The notes under the pieces were generated by a model. It worked only from the letters and a program-made list of their open reading frames with translations. It searched no databases and had not been told where the DNA came from. From Rhodospirillales bacterium (lineage in GTDB: Bacteria; Pseudomonadota; Alphaproteobacteria; Micavibrionales; Micavibrionaceae), in assembly GCA_020638155.1 (NCBI GenBank), contig JACKJB010000005.1:5235-69234 (forward strand): 64,000 nt of DNA, read 5' to 3'. The position numbers and the translations under genes are program-made. Shown in pieces: positions 46,755 to 56,708 of this stretch; positions within the stretch are counted from its first letter, which is position 1; each line of letters opens with the position of its first letter.

Positions 46755-47375
46755 TTATCCGAGCCGGGAATCGCGCAGCGGTAAATCATCGATCATGATC
46801 TTTTCATCGGAAATACTGATTCTTCCTTGTAAGCTGACCGTGATCTGCCCCTGATACAGGACATTTTTAAAGATGAAGCAGGCATTGACGATAAAATCAC
46901 CATCCGCTGTTTGCCGTTCCAGTTTCACAGGTTTGAGCTGCTGACCGACGGCTTTACGCGCTGCAGGAGGCGGTTCGTCGCTCCAGTTAATGTCATCGAT
47001 CGTTTCCGCCAGCGATAGCGCCCCTTCCGGTCCCCGGACATATCCCAGGAAAAAGCGCACATAATCACACACATTGTCTGCATCAAGCGACAGGGGCGCT
47101 TTTTTATTGAGCTCATAAACAGGAGCATTCGTCCAATCGATCACGGTCACGCTGCCGGGTTTATAAATGACAAATTTACGAAGCATCGGTGTCAGGTCGT
47201 AATCTGCGATTTCTAAAAAGCTGTAACCGGGATAAAACCGCAAAGGCTGGGTCATAATCACTGCGGTCTTTGGATCGAAATCACCGCCGCTCAGAACCGG
47301 GTTAATTTCCGAGAGAACTTTTTCACACTCTTCCGATTCGAGTTTTATGTAAGCGTCCTGAAACATGGGATTCAC
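46755..47375 (-). CDS. Hypothetical 206-aa protein
   Basis: Clean ORF with a codon pattern like its neighbours. It is the first gene of the minus-strand block leaving the hemE-upstream spacer. I recognised no family. Confidence 0.55.
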   Translation of the reverse strand: MNPMFQDAYIKLESEECEKVLSEINPVLSGGDFDPKTAVIMTQPLRFYPGYSFLEIADYDLTPMLRKFVIYKPGSVTVIDWTNAPVYELNKKAPLSLDADNVCDYVRFFLGYVRGPEGALSLAETIDDINWSDEPPPAARKAVGQQLKPVKLERQTADGDFIVNACFIFKNVLYQGQITVSLQGRISISDEKIMIDDLPLRDSRLG

Positions 47376-47716
47376 TTTATTACATCTGCGCTGCCGATTC
47401 GATCTTTTTTATCCACGGGAGGGTGTGTGTATCCTGTGCTGAAAGGATGGGGTAAAAGCGGGATGAAATTTCTCCCCAAGTCACATGATTTTTATCCGGG
47501 GGAGTCATGCCCTGTGCAAAGACGATTTTTTGACAGGCATGGATAAGTGGATAGTGAAAAGCGACTCGCAAGCTTTTATGCCGAGTCCGGCAAAGTGATT
47601 CTGTGTGCGAATCGCGGGATAAAGAGTCATCCCCGTTACTCACAGGACCAACTATCTACTAATACCTTTCTATATTTTCTTTTTATATTGTTATTATTCG
47701 GTCATGATGCCTGACC
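47376..47716. other. Candidate chromosomal replication origin (oriC) region upstream of hemE
   Basis: A 341-bp spacer where gene orientation switches: minus to the left (38343-47375), plus to the right (47717-52203). Contains a near-consensus DnaA box TTATCCACG at 47409-47417, a weaker box (CTATCCACT, minus strand, 47546-47554), and an AT-rich stretch at 47651-47700. hemE-adjacent origins are established for alphaproteobacteria. Confidence 0.45.
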
Positions 47717-48775
47717 ATGATGAACAGTAAAGCGATAGACGAACGAAACGAAAAACCGTTCCTTGCCGTGTTGAACGGCGGGGTTCCTGAGCGCACCCCT
47801 TTCTGGCTGATGCGCCAGGCAGGCAGGTATTTGCCTGAATACAGGGAATTGCGGACGAAAGCTGGAAGCTTTTTGGACCTGGTTTATAATCCAGAATTTG
47901 CGACTGAAGTAACCATGCAACCTTTGCGCCGGTACGGTATGGATGCGGCGATTTTGTTTTCGGATATCCTGGTGATCCCGCATGCGCTGGGGCAGGATTT
48001 ATCTTTCGTGCAGGGCGAAGGCCCTAAACTTGATCCGGTGCGTGGTGAAAAAGATCTGAGCCGCTTGCGTTACGACGATACGGTTTTACAGCCTGTTTAT
48101 GAAACCGTGCGCGGGATCAGGAACGCGATGGCGGATGAAGGCATGGAAGAAACCGCGCTGATCGGGTTTGCCGGCGCGCCGTGGACGGTGGCGACTTACA
48201 TGATCGAAGGCGGCAGCAGCCGTGATTTTATTCACGCCAAAGGCTGGGCTTACAGCGAGCCGGACTCGTTTGCAAAGCTGATCGAGCTTATTACCGAAGC
48301 GACGATCGTTTATCTTGGCAAGCAGATCGATGCCGGGGCGGAAGCGGTGCAGCTGTTCGATAGCTGGGCGGGCGCTCTGGATGAAGATCAGTATGCGCGC
48401 TGGGTAATTGCGCCGACGGAAAAAATCGTGCTCGCGTTACACAAAGCCTATCCGCATATTCCGGTGATTGGTTTTCCGCGCGGATCGGGTGCGCTGTACC
48501 CTGTTTACGCGCAGCAAACCAAAGTCCATGCGCTGGGGCTCGACAGCCAGGTCCCGCTTGAAATGGCGGTGGCGTTAAAAGATATCTGCGCCGTGCAGGG
48601 CAATCTTGATCCGGTGTGCCTGCTCAGCGGCGGGACGGCGATGGAAAAACGGGCGCGGGATATTCTTGAAACACTCGGCGGGGACCGGTTTATTTTTAAT
48701 CTCGGTCATGGCGTTATCAAAGAAACGCCACCGATTCACGTGGAACAATTAACCAGGATCATCAGGCAGTTTTAA
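47717..48775 (+). CDS. hemE: Uroporphyrinogen decarboxylase
   Basis: RTPFWLMRQAGRYLPEY, ILFSDILVIP. Confidence 0.93.
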   Translation: MMNSKAIDERNEKPFLAVLNGGVPERTPFWLMRQAGRYLPEYRELRTKAGSFLDLVYNPEFATEVTMQPLRRYGMDAAILFSDILVIPHALGQDLSFVQGEGPKLDPVRGEKDLSRLRYDDTVLQPVYETVRGIRNAMADEGMEETALIGFAGAPWTVATYMIEGGSSRDFIHAKGWAYSEPDSFAKLIELITEATIVYLGKQIDAGAEAVQLFDSWAGALDEDQYARWVIAPTEKIVLALHKAYPHIPVIGFPRGSGALYPVYAQQTKVHALGLDSQVPLEMAVALKDICAVQGNLDPVCLLSGGTAMEKRARDILETLGGDRFIFNLGHGVIKETPPIHVEQLTRIIRQF

Positions 48776-49791
48776 TGACGGAAAAAACCGCGATCATCCT
48801 GTTCAATCTCGGCGGACCGGATAAACCGGATTCGATCCGGCCGTTCCTTTTGAATTTTTTCATGGATAAAAATATTATCCACCTGCCCTACCCGCTGCGC
48901 TGGATGATTTCCCGGCTGATCGCAAACCGCCGCAGTAAGCGCGAAGCCGGGGACAGTTATGCGCTGCTTGGCGGTAAATCGCCGCTGCTTGAAAATACGC
49001 AGGACCAGGCGAATGCGTTGCAAGCCAAACTCGGCGACGATCATAAGGTATTTGTTTGCATGCGCTACTGGCATCCGATGGCCGATGAGGTCGCGCGTAA
49101 GGTCAAAGATTATGATCCCGCGCGGATTATTTTACTGCCGCTCTATCCGCAATATTCCACGACAACGACCCGTTCTTCTTTCCAGAGCTGGGATAAGGCT
49201 GCGGAAGCTGCCGGGCTGACTGTGCCGGGGGAACGTGTGTGCTGTTACCCGTTTCATGACGGTTTTATAGCGGCGTCCGCAGACCATGTCACCGCGGCGT
49301 ATAAGCAGGCGCAAAAAGAACTTGCCGAGAAAGACCTTCCTGCCCCGCGGGTTTTATTTTCCGCGCACGGCCTGCCTGAAGATATCGTCAAAGCGGGCGA
49401 TCCGTATCAATGGCAATGTGAGCGGTGCGCGGAGAAAATTGCCGCGGCGACAGGGATCGAAGATCTTGACTGGCAGATTTGTTACCAGAGCCGCGTCGGT
49501 CCGAAAAAATGGATCGGTCCTTCAACCGATGAAGCCTTGCGGCAGGCGGCAGCCGATAAGGTGCCCGTGCTGATTTATCCGCATGCTTTTGTCAGCGAAC
49601 ATGTCGAAACGCTGGTTGAAATTGAGATTGAATACAGGCATCTGGCAGAGCAGGAAGGCGTTCCTTATTTCGCCCGCGTCCCGACTGTGGGAACGCATGA
49701 AGCCTATATCGATGCGCTGGCGCAGCTGGTTAAAAATCCGCAGGTGCAAAAAATATGTCCGCGATCCTGCGGGGACTGCGGACATACATAA
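48775..49791 (+). CDS. hemH: Ferrochelatase
   Basis: AIILFNLGGPD, LPLYPQYSTTT, SAHGLP. TAATG overlap with hemE. Confidence 0.92.
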   Translation: MTEKTAIILFNLGGPDKPDSIRPFLLNFFMDKNIIHLPYPLRWMISRLIANRRSKREAGDSYALLGGKSPLLENTQDQANALQAKLGDDHKVFVCMRYWHPMADEVARKVKDYDPARIILLPLYPQYSTTTTRSSFQSWDKAAEAAGLTVPGERVCCYPFHDGFIAASADHVTAAYKQAQKELAEKDLPAPRVLFSAHGLPEDIVKAGDPYQWQCERCAEKIAAATGIEDLDWQICYQSRVGPKKWIGPSTDEALRQAAADKVPVLIYPHAFVSEHVETLVEIEIEYRHLAEQEGVPYFARVPTVGTHEAYIDALAQLVKNPQVQKICPRSCGDCGHT

Positions 49792-49806
49792 AGCTTTAAA
49801 AAACGC

Positions 49807-50010
49807 TCAGGTTTTTTTCGTCAGGTTATCGATCTTTTTTGCGATGACCAGACTGATCGGCGCGGCAACGACGGCGCCAAGAACGGCGGCCATGATGATA
49901 TATTTACTTTCCGCATGTGCGAGCGAAGGCATCAATAAAACAGCTAAAACAAATGTGCCCATCAAAACCGGGGCGGCGATAATCCAAATAAACAGACCAA
50001 GTTTATCCAT
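49807..50010 (-). CDS. Small two-TM membrane protein
   Basis: 67 aa with two hydrophobic helices and a basic C-terminus. No family recognised. Confidence 0.4.
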   Translation of the reverse strand: MDKLGLFIWIIAAPVLMGTFVLAVLLMPSLAHAESKYIIMAAVLGAVVAAPISLVIAKKIDNLTKKT

Positions 50011-50168
50011 GTTTGAAATCTCCTGTAGATTCTTATTATCCTTATAATCATTATAGCATAAGACGATTACTCCTGCGCGGTAAACAGGAAGATATTGTGC
50101 ATATGCGAAGTCTCTGTGGTTTCAATTTGCGCTTGCATCTGAAATGAAAAATTTCGAAAATACCATCC

Positions 50169-50624
50169 ATGACAGAAACAGAACTTCATATTTTTTTGCT
50201 GAATAATTACCAGCTCTTCAGGGCGCTGCATATTATCGCGGTGATCGCGTGGATGGCGGGGCTGCTCTATTTGCCGCGCCTGTTTGTCTATCATGTCGAT
50301 GCCGGAAAAGAGGGCGCGGCGATGCTGCAGGTGATGGAGCGGCGGCTGTTGCGCTTTATCATGAACCCGGCGATGATCGCCGCCTGGATTTTCGGGCTGT
50401 TGATGATCTGGGCGAATACGGGGCTGTTATCGAACGGCTGGATGCATGTGAAACTGACGGCTGTGGTGGCGATGACTGTGGTGCATCATATTTACGGGCG
50501 CTGGCGGAAGAGTTTTGAGCGCGGCCAGAACCAGAAACCGGCCAAATTTTATAAAATATGGAACGAGGTGCCGACGGTATTGATGATTATCATCGTATTT
50601 ATGGCCGTCACCGAGCCGTTTTAG
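50169..50624 (+). CDS. hemJ: Protoporphyrinogen IX oxidase HemJ (UPF0093/CopD-like)
   Basis: LHIIAVIAWMAGLLYLPRLFVYH, four TM helices, in a haem-gene neighbourhood. Confidence 0.8.
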   Translation: MTETELHIFLLNNYQLFRALHIIAVIAWMAGLLYLPRLFVYHVDAGKEGAAMLQVMERRLLRFIMNPAMIAAWIFGLLMIWANTGLLSNGWMHVKLTAVVAMTVVHHIYGRWRKSFERGQNQKPAKFYKIWNEVPTVLMIIIVFMAVTEPF

Positions 50625-50723
50625 ATACGGAAAATATTAAGCAAAACCAAAGCGTATTAAAGGTTTCCCCGCATCTTCCACAGGTTATATATACATAATC
50701 AACTTTTTTCTTGACAGAAAATG

Positions 50724-50752
50724 TTGACTCGGGCGGGCGATTTAGCTATAAA
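50724..50752 (+). promoter_or_regulatory. Sigma-70-type promoter for rho, with a long leader
   Basis: TTGACT, a 17-nt spacer, then TATAAA. This leaves a leader of roughly 185 nt before the rho ATG at 50944. Confidence 0.5.
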
Positions 50753-50943
50753 TCCAGTGTCTTTAGGAAGAAAACTCCACGAAATTTATATGATTATTAT
50801 GGAGCGGTAGCGGGCCGCGGCGAGTACAGAACGTGTTAAGACCTGCTTTATGACATTGGTTTAACGAACAACTTTCACGGAAATACAGAACATTGTCTTC
50901 CCGATCAAACCAGGATTTAGAAACGAAAAAAGAAGTTTACCTT

Positions 50944-52203
50944 ATGAATCTGCAGGAATTAAAAACACGTTCCCCAGCGGAACTGCTTGCATTTGCCGAA
51001 GAGCTTGGCATTGAGAATTGCAGCGCGATGCGCAAACAGGACATGATGTTTGCGATCCTTAAAGAACTGGCCGACCAGGGTGTGCCGATTTCCGGCACCG
51101 GGGTCCTCGAAGTGCTGCAGGACGGCTTTGGCTTCCTGCGCAGCCCGGAAGAAAATTACCTGCCCGGGCCCGATGATATTTATGTTTCCCCCTCGCAAGT
51201 GCGCCGTTTCGGCCTGCGGACCGGGGATATTGTCGAGGGCGAAATTCGCGCCCCGAAAGATTCCGAGCGTTATTTTGCGCTGTTGCGGGTCGGCTCGATC
51301 AATAACGAGACCCCGGAAAAAGTCCGTCACCGTATCAATTTTGATAATTTGACGCCGCTTTACCCGGACCGCAAAATCAATCTTGAATATGACGATCCGA
51401 CCAAGAAAAGCGGCGGCATGACCCAGCGGATTATCGAGCTGGTTTCCCCGCTTGGTTTCGGGCAGCGTGCGCTGATCGTTGCGCCGCCACGGACCGGTAA
51501 GACCGTGATGCTGCAGGATATCGCGCATTCAATCGCGATCAACCACCCGGAAGCGTATCTGATTGTCCTGCTGATCGATGAGCGTCCTGAAGAGGTGACC
51601 GATATGGCCCGCTCTGTGCGCGGCGAAGTCATTTCCTCCACCTTTGATGAGCCGGCCGCCCGCCACGTGCAGGTTGCCGAAATGGTGATGGAAAAAGCCA
51701 AGCGGCTGGTCGAACAAAAGCGTGATGTCATCATCCTGCTGGACTCGATTACCCGTCTTGCCCGCGCTTATAACACGGTTGTGCCGTCATCCGGTAAAGT
51801 GTTGACCGGTGGTGTTGATGCTAACGCGCTGCAGCGTCCGAAAAGGTTCTTCGGTGCAGCCCGGAATATCGAACAAGGCGGCAGCCTGACCATTATCGCG
51901 ACGGCGCTGATTGAAACCGGCAGCCGGATGGATGAGGTGATCTTCGAAGAATTCAAAGGCACGGGTAACTCTGAAATCGTGCTTGACCGGAAAATCTCCG
52001 ATAAGCGGGTCTTCCCGTCGATCGATATCCAGAAATCCGGGACACGGAAAGAAGAGCTTCTGGTCGGTAAAGACCTGCAGAAAATGTGGGTCCTGCGCCG
52101 GATTCTCAACCCGATGGGCACCGTGGATGCGGTCGAGTTCCTTATCAGCAAACTCAAAACGACCAAGTCCAACGAGGATTTCTACCAGTCAATGAACCAG
52201 TAA
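50944..52203 (+). CDS. rho: Transcription termination factor Rho
   Basis: I took the start at [24 protein letters not shown] (canonical Rho N-terminus) rather than the TTG at 50893. Walker A PPRTGKT and the RNA-binding OB domain are present. Confidence 0.95.
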   Translation: MNLQELKTRSPAELLAFAEELGIENCSAMRKQDMMFAILKELADQGVPISGTGVLEVLQDGFGFLRSPEENYLPGPDDIYVSPSQVRRFGLRTGDIVEGEIRAPKDSERYFALLRVGSINNETPEKVRHRINFDNLTPLYPDRKINLEYDDPTKKSGGMTQRIIELVSPLGFGQRALIVAPPRTGKTVMLQDIAHSIAINHPEAYLIVLLIDERPEEVTDMARSVRGEVISSTFDEPAARHVQVAEMVMEKAKRLVEQKRDVIILLDSITRLARAYNTVVPSSGKVLTGGVDANALQRPKRFFGAARNIEQGGSLTIIATALIETGSRMDEVIFEEFKGTGNSEIVLDRKISDKRVFPSIDIQKSGTRKEELLVGKDLQKMWVLRRILNPMGTVDAVEFLISKLKTTKSNEDFYQSMNQ

Positions 52204-52488
52204 ACCGTTTTTGAACGCGTTTACAGATCCGGCGCTCATCCAGTGCTCAAGGGTGCCGCGGGTTCTGTTCGCTTGCTTCCGAACAAAGCCTGAAAAATTT
52301 CACCGAAATCCCGCCTAAATAAGAGACAAATTATCTTTTATTTTTAATAACTTACGCCACAAAATCGAAACGAAAATATTTGTCATAATTATATTTGTTC
52401 GCTAGACTGGAAATTGTGAACGAAACAACCGCAGACATTTTCTAACGATCAAACACTAACTTTCTAAACAAACTATCGGGTGGGAATA

Positions 52489-52995
52489 ATGAACGATCAA
52501 ACGAACGCACATGCCGGGCGACGCATGACCAAATTGACGGCGCTGGCACTTATCATCCTTTTCTCTGGAGTTTTCCTGATTCTTTTCCTGATCCCTGGGC
52601 CAGCCCGGTCTATGGAACTTGACCATCCTTCGTCCGTGATCGATACGGATGAAACCCCTCTGCCTATCATCATCTCCCCTGAACCGGTCCAGCAGTATAG
52701 CGATACCTGTCTTTCCCTGCTCAAATCCGTACGCTATACGGCTTCTCCCTCCGCAATGGACCGTGACCGGCATGTTGCCGGAAAAGCTGCGGCGCTGGGC
52801 GTTGTCTTTGGAGTCCGTTTTGCCCTCGGTCCCAAAGAAGTCGCCCGCTCCGGCGGTCATAATAAAGCTGTCAGGTTCGACTTGTGGGAAGCCCGGGAGT
52901 CTAACAGCCGTCAGGCCATGGCGGTTGCTGAGTACCGGCGCTGTAAAAACGAGGAAGCCCTGAAAGCGATATCTGACTGGCGCTGGAAACGTTAA
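52489..52995 (+). CDS. Hypothetical membrane-anchored protein
   Basis: ATG after GGGTGGGAATA. Has an N-terminal TM helix (LTALALIILFSGVFLILFLIPG) and ends just before a strong bidirectional terminator. The overlapping minus-strand ORF reads through that terminator and looks like a shadow ORF. Confidence 0.5.
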   Translation: MNDQTNAHAGRRMTKLTALALIILFSGVFLILFLIPGPARSMELDHPSSVIDTDETPLPIIISPEPVQQYSDTCLSLLKSVRYTASPSAMDRDRHVAGKAAALGVVFGVRFALGPKEVARSGGHNKAVRFDLWEARESNSRQAMAVAEYRRCKNEEALKAISDWRWKR

Positions 52996-53025
52996 GCACC
53001 GCAAAATGAATGCCCCTTGCTCTTG

Positions 53026-53058
53026 AAAAACCGCTCTGTGCAATGCAGAGCGGTTTTT
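53026..53058. terminator. Bidirectional rho-independent terminator
   Basis: AAAAA-CCGCTCTG-tgcaatg-CAGAGCGG-TTTTT, between two convergent genes. Confidence 0.8.
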
Positions 53059-54736
53059 ACTTCAGCAGCATTCCCGCCAGCCATATCGGTGTCTCGCCAC
53101 CGGATTGCATAGAGGCAAACAGCAATACTGCAAAAATTATTGCGGCAAGCGGGTAGGCTATAAACATGCTGCTGCTTGCCGGCGGCATGATCTGTTTTTT
53201 TGCCCCGTCCTTTTTCATGAGCGGCCCCAGCGCTTTTTCCAAGGCGCTGTGGGCCATGATTTGTGCCGTATATGTCGTTATTGCACCGCCCGCGATGATG
53301 ACGGCCAGGTCGGCGAGCAGGTCGGGGATGCCGCCTAAAGATTCGGTCATGACTGCGCGGGCCGGGGTAAAGAAATAGATGACGGCCAATGCCGCCGTTA
53401 TTGCCGATCCGATCATAAATGCTTTCTGGCGCGGTTTGCGCGTCAGGTGGTTGATGGCTTGGCGCGCCTGTGTTGCCATGTCTAATAAGGTCTCTTCGCG
53501 GATGCCGCATGGGTAACGCTCTTTTAGACGGTTTGCCGCAAGCTTTGGTGCTGCGCGGCTGGCGATGAGAAAAGTTTCGCCGATGGCGCGGTAACGGATG
53601 GCTTCGCGGACCGCTTTTACAACGTTGCCCTGCCCTTGCGCGGCATTTTGCAAAGCTTTTAATCCCTTGGCGATGAAATCTTCAAGAAAGGGCGGCAGTC
53701 CGACAAGAAGCGCGTTGTAGCCGAATAAATGGCCTTTCAGGGTCAGTTTGCCACGGGCCGAAAAACTGATATCGCCCCAGGGCAGTTTGGCGTGATACGG
53801 AATCATGTACTCGCCTTTTTTGCTGCGTTGGTCCATTTCCTGGTCTTTGGCCGGTTCTTCGATGATCCGGACCTGGGCGTGCTCTTCTGTGACCAGGCGC
53901 GGCCCGTATTCATCGATCAGGGGCGGCAGTTCCTGCGGCAAAATATTCGGGTCGTATGAAAAGCGGCCTTTGGCTTTGATGTCCATGACGAACAGGTGAC
54001 TGTGCCAGCCGGTCGCGCCGCAATTCTGGCAAGGTACTTTCCCGGTAGCTCTGCATTTTGGACATTGTACTTCGCCGAGCTGGCGGCACATATCGCAATT
54101 GATCCGGCCCCGGCCGTGGCAGTAGGTACATTGCTGCTGGCCGCGCGGGGTATTGATGAATTGCGCGCCGTTACACATATGACACTGTATGTCCCTGTGG
54201 CCTTTACATTTGACGCAGGGAATCATCCTGTGACCGTGGCAGTTCTGGCAGGTAATTTGTCCGCTGGCTTCGCAAAGCGGGCAAGGTTCCTGCACCACAT
54301 AGATTTTGCGGTAACGCCGCAGGTTCATGACCTGATTATCTACGGCAAAACCGATGTCCTGCCGCTTCTTTAGCATCGATGCGGTCATGCGTTTGACATC
54401 GCGGTCATGGGCGATACGGTCCATGACGACCTGGTTTTTTTGCTGCGCGTCTTGCCGTGATCCGGCCTTCTCCCCGTTTTCTTTGCCGGTCACCCGCTTT
54501 TCAGCCATGGTCGATTCCAGCTTATAAGTCTGGTAGGCTTCAAAGTTAACGATTTCACCGTGAAAGTTGCCAAGAGAGAGGGCTTCCGGGTTGAGGCCGT
54601 TGCCCTTAACGACCGCGCGTAAATTTGCCAGCGCTTTTTTCGGCAATTCCGGATCGACCGGCTCGTGATCGTCCGGGACCTGCTTTTTTTTGTTTTGCCC
54701 GGAGTCTTCGGGCTGGTCGTCTTCTTCTTCGATCAC
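53057..54736 (-). CDS. Membrane protein with eight CxxC motifs (DnaJ-type zinc-finger-like array)
   Basis: CPLC..CQNCHGHR..CVKCKGHR..CHMCNG..CTYCHGRGR..CDMC..CPKCRATGK..CQNCGATG lie in one ~95-aa stretch. Also has an acidic N-terminus and 3-4 C-terminal TM helices. Confidence 0.7.
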   Translation of the reverse strand: MIEEEDDQPEDSGQNKKKQVPDDHEPVDPELPKKALANLRAVVKGNGLNPEALSLGNFHGEIVNFEAYQTYKLESTMAEKRVTGKENGEKAGSRQDAQQKNQVVMDRIAHDRDVKRMTASMLKKRQDIGFAVDNQVMNLRRYRKIYVVQEPCPLCEASGQITCQNCHGHRMIPCVKCKGHRDIQCHMCNGAQFINTPRGQQQCTYCHGRGRINCDMCRQLGEVQCPKCRATGKVPCQNCGATGWHSHLFVMDIKAKGRFSYDPNILPQELPPLIDEYGPRLVTEEHAQVRIIEEPAKDQEMDQRSKKGEYMIPYHAKLPWGDISFSARGKLTLKGHLFGYNALLVGLPPFLEDFIAKGLKALQNAAQGQGNVVKAVREAIRYRAIGETFLIASRAAPKLAANRLKERYPCGIREETLLDMATQARQAINHLTRKPRQKAFMIGSAITAALAVIYFFTPARAVMTESLGGIPDLLADLAVIIAGGAITTYTAQIMAHSALEKALGPLMKKDGAKKQIMPPASSSMFIAYPLAAIIFAVLLFASMQSGGETPIWLAGMLLK

Positions 54737-54742
54737 GGTATT

Positions 54743-55456
54743 TTAAGCGGCCAGCGCCTTCTCCAAAGTGTGGTGCAGGAATGCAAGTGTACGCTCATCA
54801 GCGAGCGCCGCGCCCTGCGCATCGTAATGTTTGCCGCCCACGCGGGTGAAGGCGTGGTTCAGCCCTTCATAACTGTGCAGTGTGACATGCGGATTATCGG
54901 CCAGCCCCGCCTTGATTTTTTCCTGCGCGTCTTTGGAAACGAATTCGTCTTCTTCGGCAATATGCAACATCAGCGGGTTTGCGATACTCCCCGCTTCGTC
55001 GAGCAACGCATCCAGCCCGACACCATAATAGCTTACAGAAGCCTCGACCGTACTGCGTGTCGCCATCAGGTAAGCAAGCTTGCCGCCAAGACAATACCCG
55101 ATGCAGCCGACTTTGCTGGTGCAATCGGCGTGGCCTTTGAGGACGTGATGCACTGCGCGCAGGTCTTCGATGCCTTGATCGATATCGAATGCGTTGAACA
55201 GCTCGAATGCCCGCGCCCACTCCGCTTCGCTTTGATCGGTCAGCTCTATCCCCGGTTCGATGCGCCAGAACAGGTCCGGGCAAACGGCGATAAAGCCCTG
55301 CTCCGCCAGCCAGTCGCATTTATCGCGCAACCCTTTATTCACGCCAAAAATTTCCTGTGCGACGATAATGGCGGGGGCCGGTTTTTTTTCCGGCATCGCG
55401 ATATAGGCAGAAAAGGATCCGCCGTCTTTAGACGGGATGATAATCGTGTTGCTCAT
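54743..55456 (-). CDS. Dienelactone hydrolase family protein
   Basis: Alpha/beta-hydrolase with a nucleophile context GCIGYCLGG and a C-terminal HAF motif. 237 aa. Confidence 0.8.
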   Translation of the reverse strand: MSNTIIIPSKDGGSFSAYIAMPEKKPAPAIIVAQEIFGVNKGLRDKCDWLAEQGFIAVCPDLFWRIEPGIELTDQSEAEWARAFELFNAFDIDQGIEDLRAVHHVLKGHADCTSKVGCIGYCLGGKLAYLMATRSTVEASVSYYGVGLDALLDEAGSIANPLMLHIAEEDEFVSKDAQEKIKAGLADNPHVTLHSYEGLNHAFTRVGGKHYDAQGAALADERTLAFLHHTLEKALAA

Positions 55457-55546
55457 GAAAATATGCTCCCTTGGAAAAAACCGATAAAACCTTATCCAGC
55501 TTACGCGGGTTAAGCCGTTTTTTAAAGGGAGGATTACTTTATAGAT

Positions 55547-56365
55547 TTATGCCGGGCAAAAGGCAGGCTGGCCGGCATTGATGGGTGCCGGCCGGTCCGC
55601 TGTTGCCGTTTGTTTGTCCGGGGTTTGCCCCAGACGGTTTTTTACCTGTTCAACTTGCCGGGCTATGGCTTCGCTGCGCGGGCTGGTCCGTTCGACCAGT
55701 ACGGCAGTGCTGTCCATGATTTTCAGTTTTTTATCCAGGCCGTTTGCGGCCAGGGTGGTTCCGGTGTCAACCACATCACAAATCGCATCGGCGAGGCCAA
55801 GGCGAATGTAATCTTCAATACCGCCGTCACGGGCGAGAATTTCAACATCATCAATCCCCTGCTCTTCCAGCCAGACACGCAGCGTGTTGGGGTAAGAGGT
55901 GGCGATGCGCAGGCCTGCAAGCTGGCTGGCGTCTTCCATGTCGAAGTCTTCGGCGGCGGCAATCCAAAGGCCGCAGGCTGAAACGCCGTTAAAGGTACAG
56001 GCGATTTGCAGGTCCGCCATATTTTCAGGATCGGCGCAGCGGGCTTCTTCATATGTATCCAGGCCGACCACGGCCATATCGGCGATCCCGGCTTTCAGAT
56101 TTTCAATCGCATCGGCGGGGCGCTGTAATAAGGTTTCAAAACTGCCCATTTTGCCCCGGGCATCGGCGGTGGTTCCAAAATCCAGCCGGCTGTTCTGGCG
56201 GTCGGTATTCAGCCCGGCGCGGGTCAGGATTGCGGCAAAATCATCTCGCAGCCGCCCTTTTTTCGGCAGGATAACGCGAAAAGGCTGTTCAGTCCGGGGC
56301 GCTGCCTGCGGCAGGATCTGCGGCGCTGCTTGCGGCGCTCTCTGTACTGCGTTGGCTGTTGTCAT
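55547..56365 (-). CDS. hisG: ATP phosphoribosyltransferase
   Basis: RVILPKKGRL, DMAVVGLD, RIATSYPN, ADAICDVVDTGTTLAANGL. The N-terminal ~25 aa overlaps the upstream gene, so the exact start is uncertain. Confidence 0.8.
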   Translation of the reverse strand: MTTANAVQRAPQAAPQILPQAAPRTEQPFRVILPKKGRLRDDFAAILTRAGLNTDRQNSRLDFGTTADARGKMGSFETLLQRPADAIENLKAGIADMAVVGLDTYEEARCADPENMADLQIACTFNGVSACGLWIAAAEDFDMEDASQLAGLRIATSYPNTLRVWLEEQGIDDVEILARDGGIEDYIRLGLADAICDVVDTGTTLAANGLDKKLKIMDSTAVLVERTSPRSEAIARQVEQVKNRLGQTPDKQTATADRPAPINAGQPAFCPA

Positions 56366-56708
56366 CGTGATCTCCTAAACGGTCCAGCACCAGCTGGTAG
56401 CCGCGATGCGGCTCTTGTTGTAAAAATCGCGCCACGCGGCCAACGGTTGTTGTACTTGCCCCTGTGGCGGCACTGATGTCCCGGTACGATAATCCGCCTT
56501 GGGCGAGAAGCCGCGCAATAAGCAGGCGTTCGGCCAGGGCCTGGATTTCCGTCCGCGTGCAGAGGTCTGTAATGAACGCCCGGAAGTCTCCCTCACAGCG
56601 GCACTTGGTGAGCGCCGTGTATAAAATGTCTTCGGGGTTCTGGTCCAGTATTTCATTACTCTTACTCTCATGCGCTGTGGCGTCATCGTTCCTAAGAGAC
56701 ATTATCAT
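56289..56708 (-). CDS. TrpR-related YerC/YecD family DNA-binding protein
   Basis: FITDLCTRTEIQALAERLLIARLLAQGGLSYRDISAATGASTTTVGRVARFL is the YerC/YecD HTH signature. Confidence 0.75.
   Translation of the reverse strand: MIMSLRNDDATAHESKSNEILDQNPEDILYTALTKCRCEGDFRAFITDLCTRTEIQALAERLLIARLLAQGGLSYRDISAATGASTTTVGRVARFLQQEPHRGYQLVLDRLGDHDDNSQRSTESAASSAADPAAGSAPD

Noticed and set aside
47380-47643. 87-aa minus-strand ORF in the hemE-upstream spacer
   Set aside because: It has no RBS, an odd composition, and sits in the spacer better explained as an origin or regulatory region.
54665-55513. 282-aa plus-strand ORF
   Set aside because: It is antisense to the dienelactone hydrolase gene.
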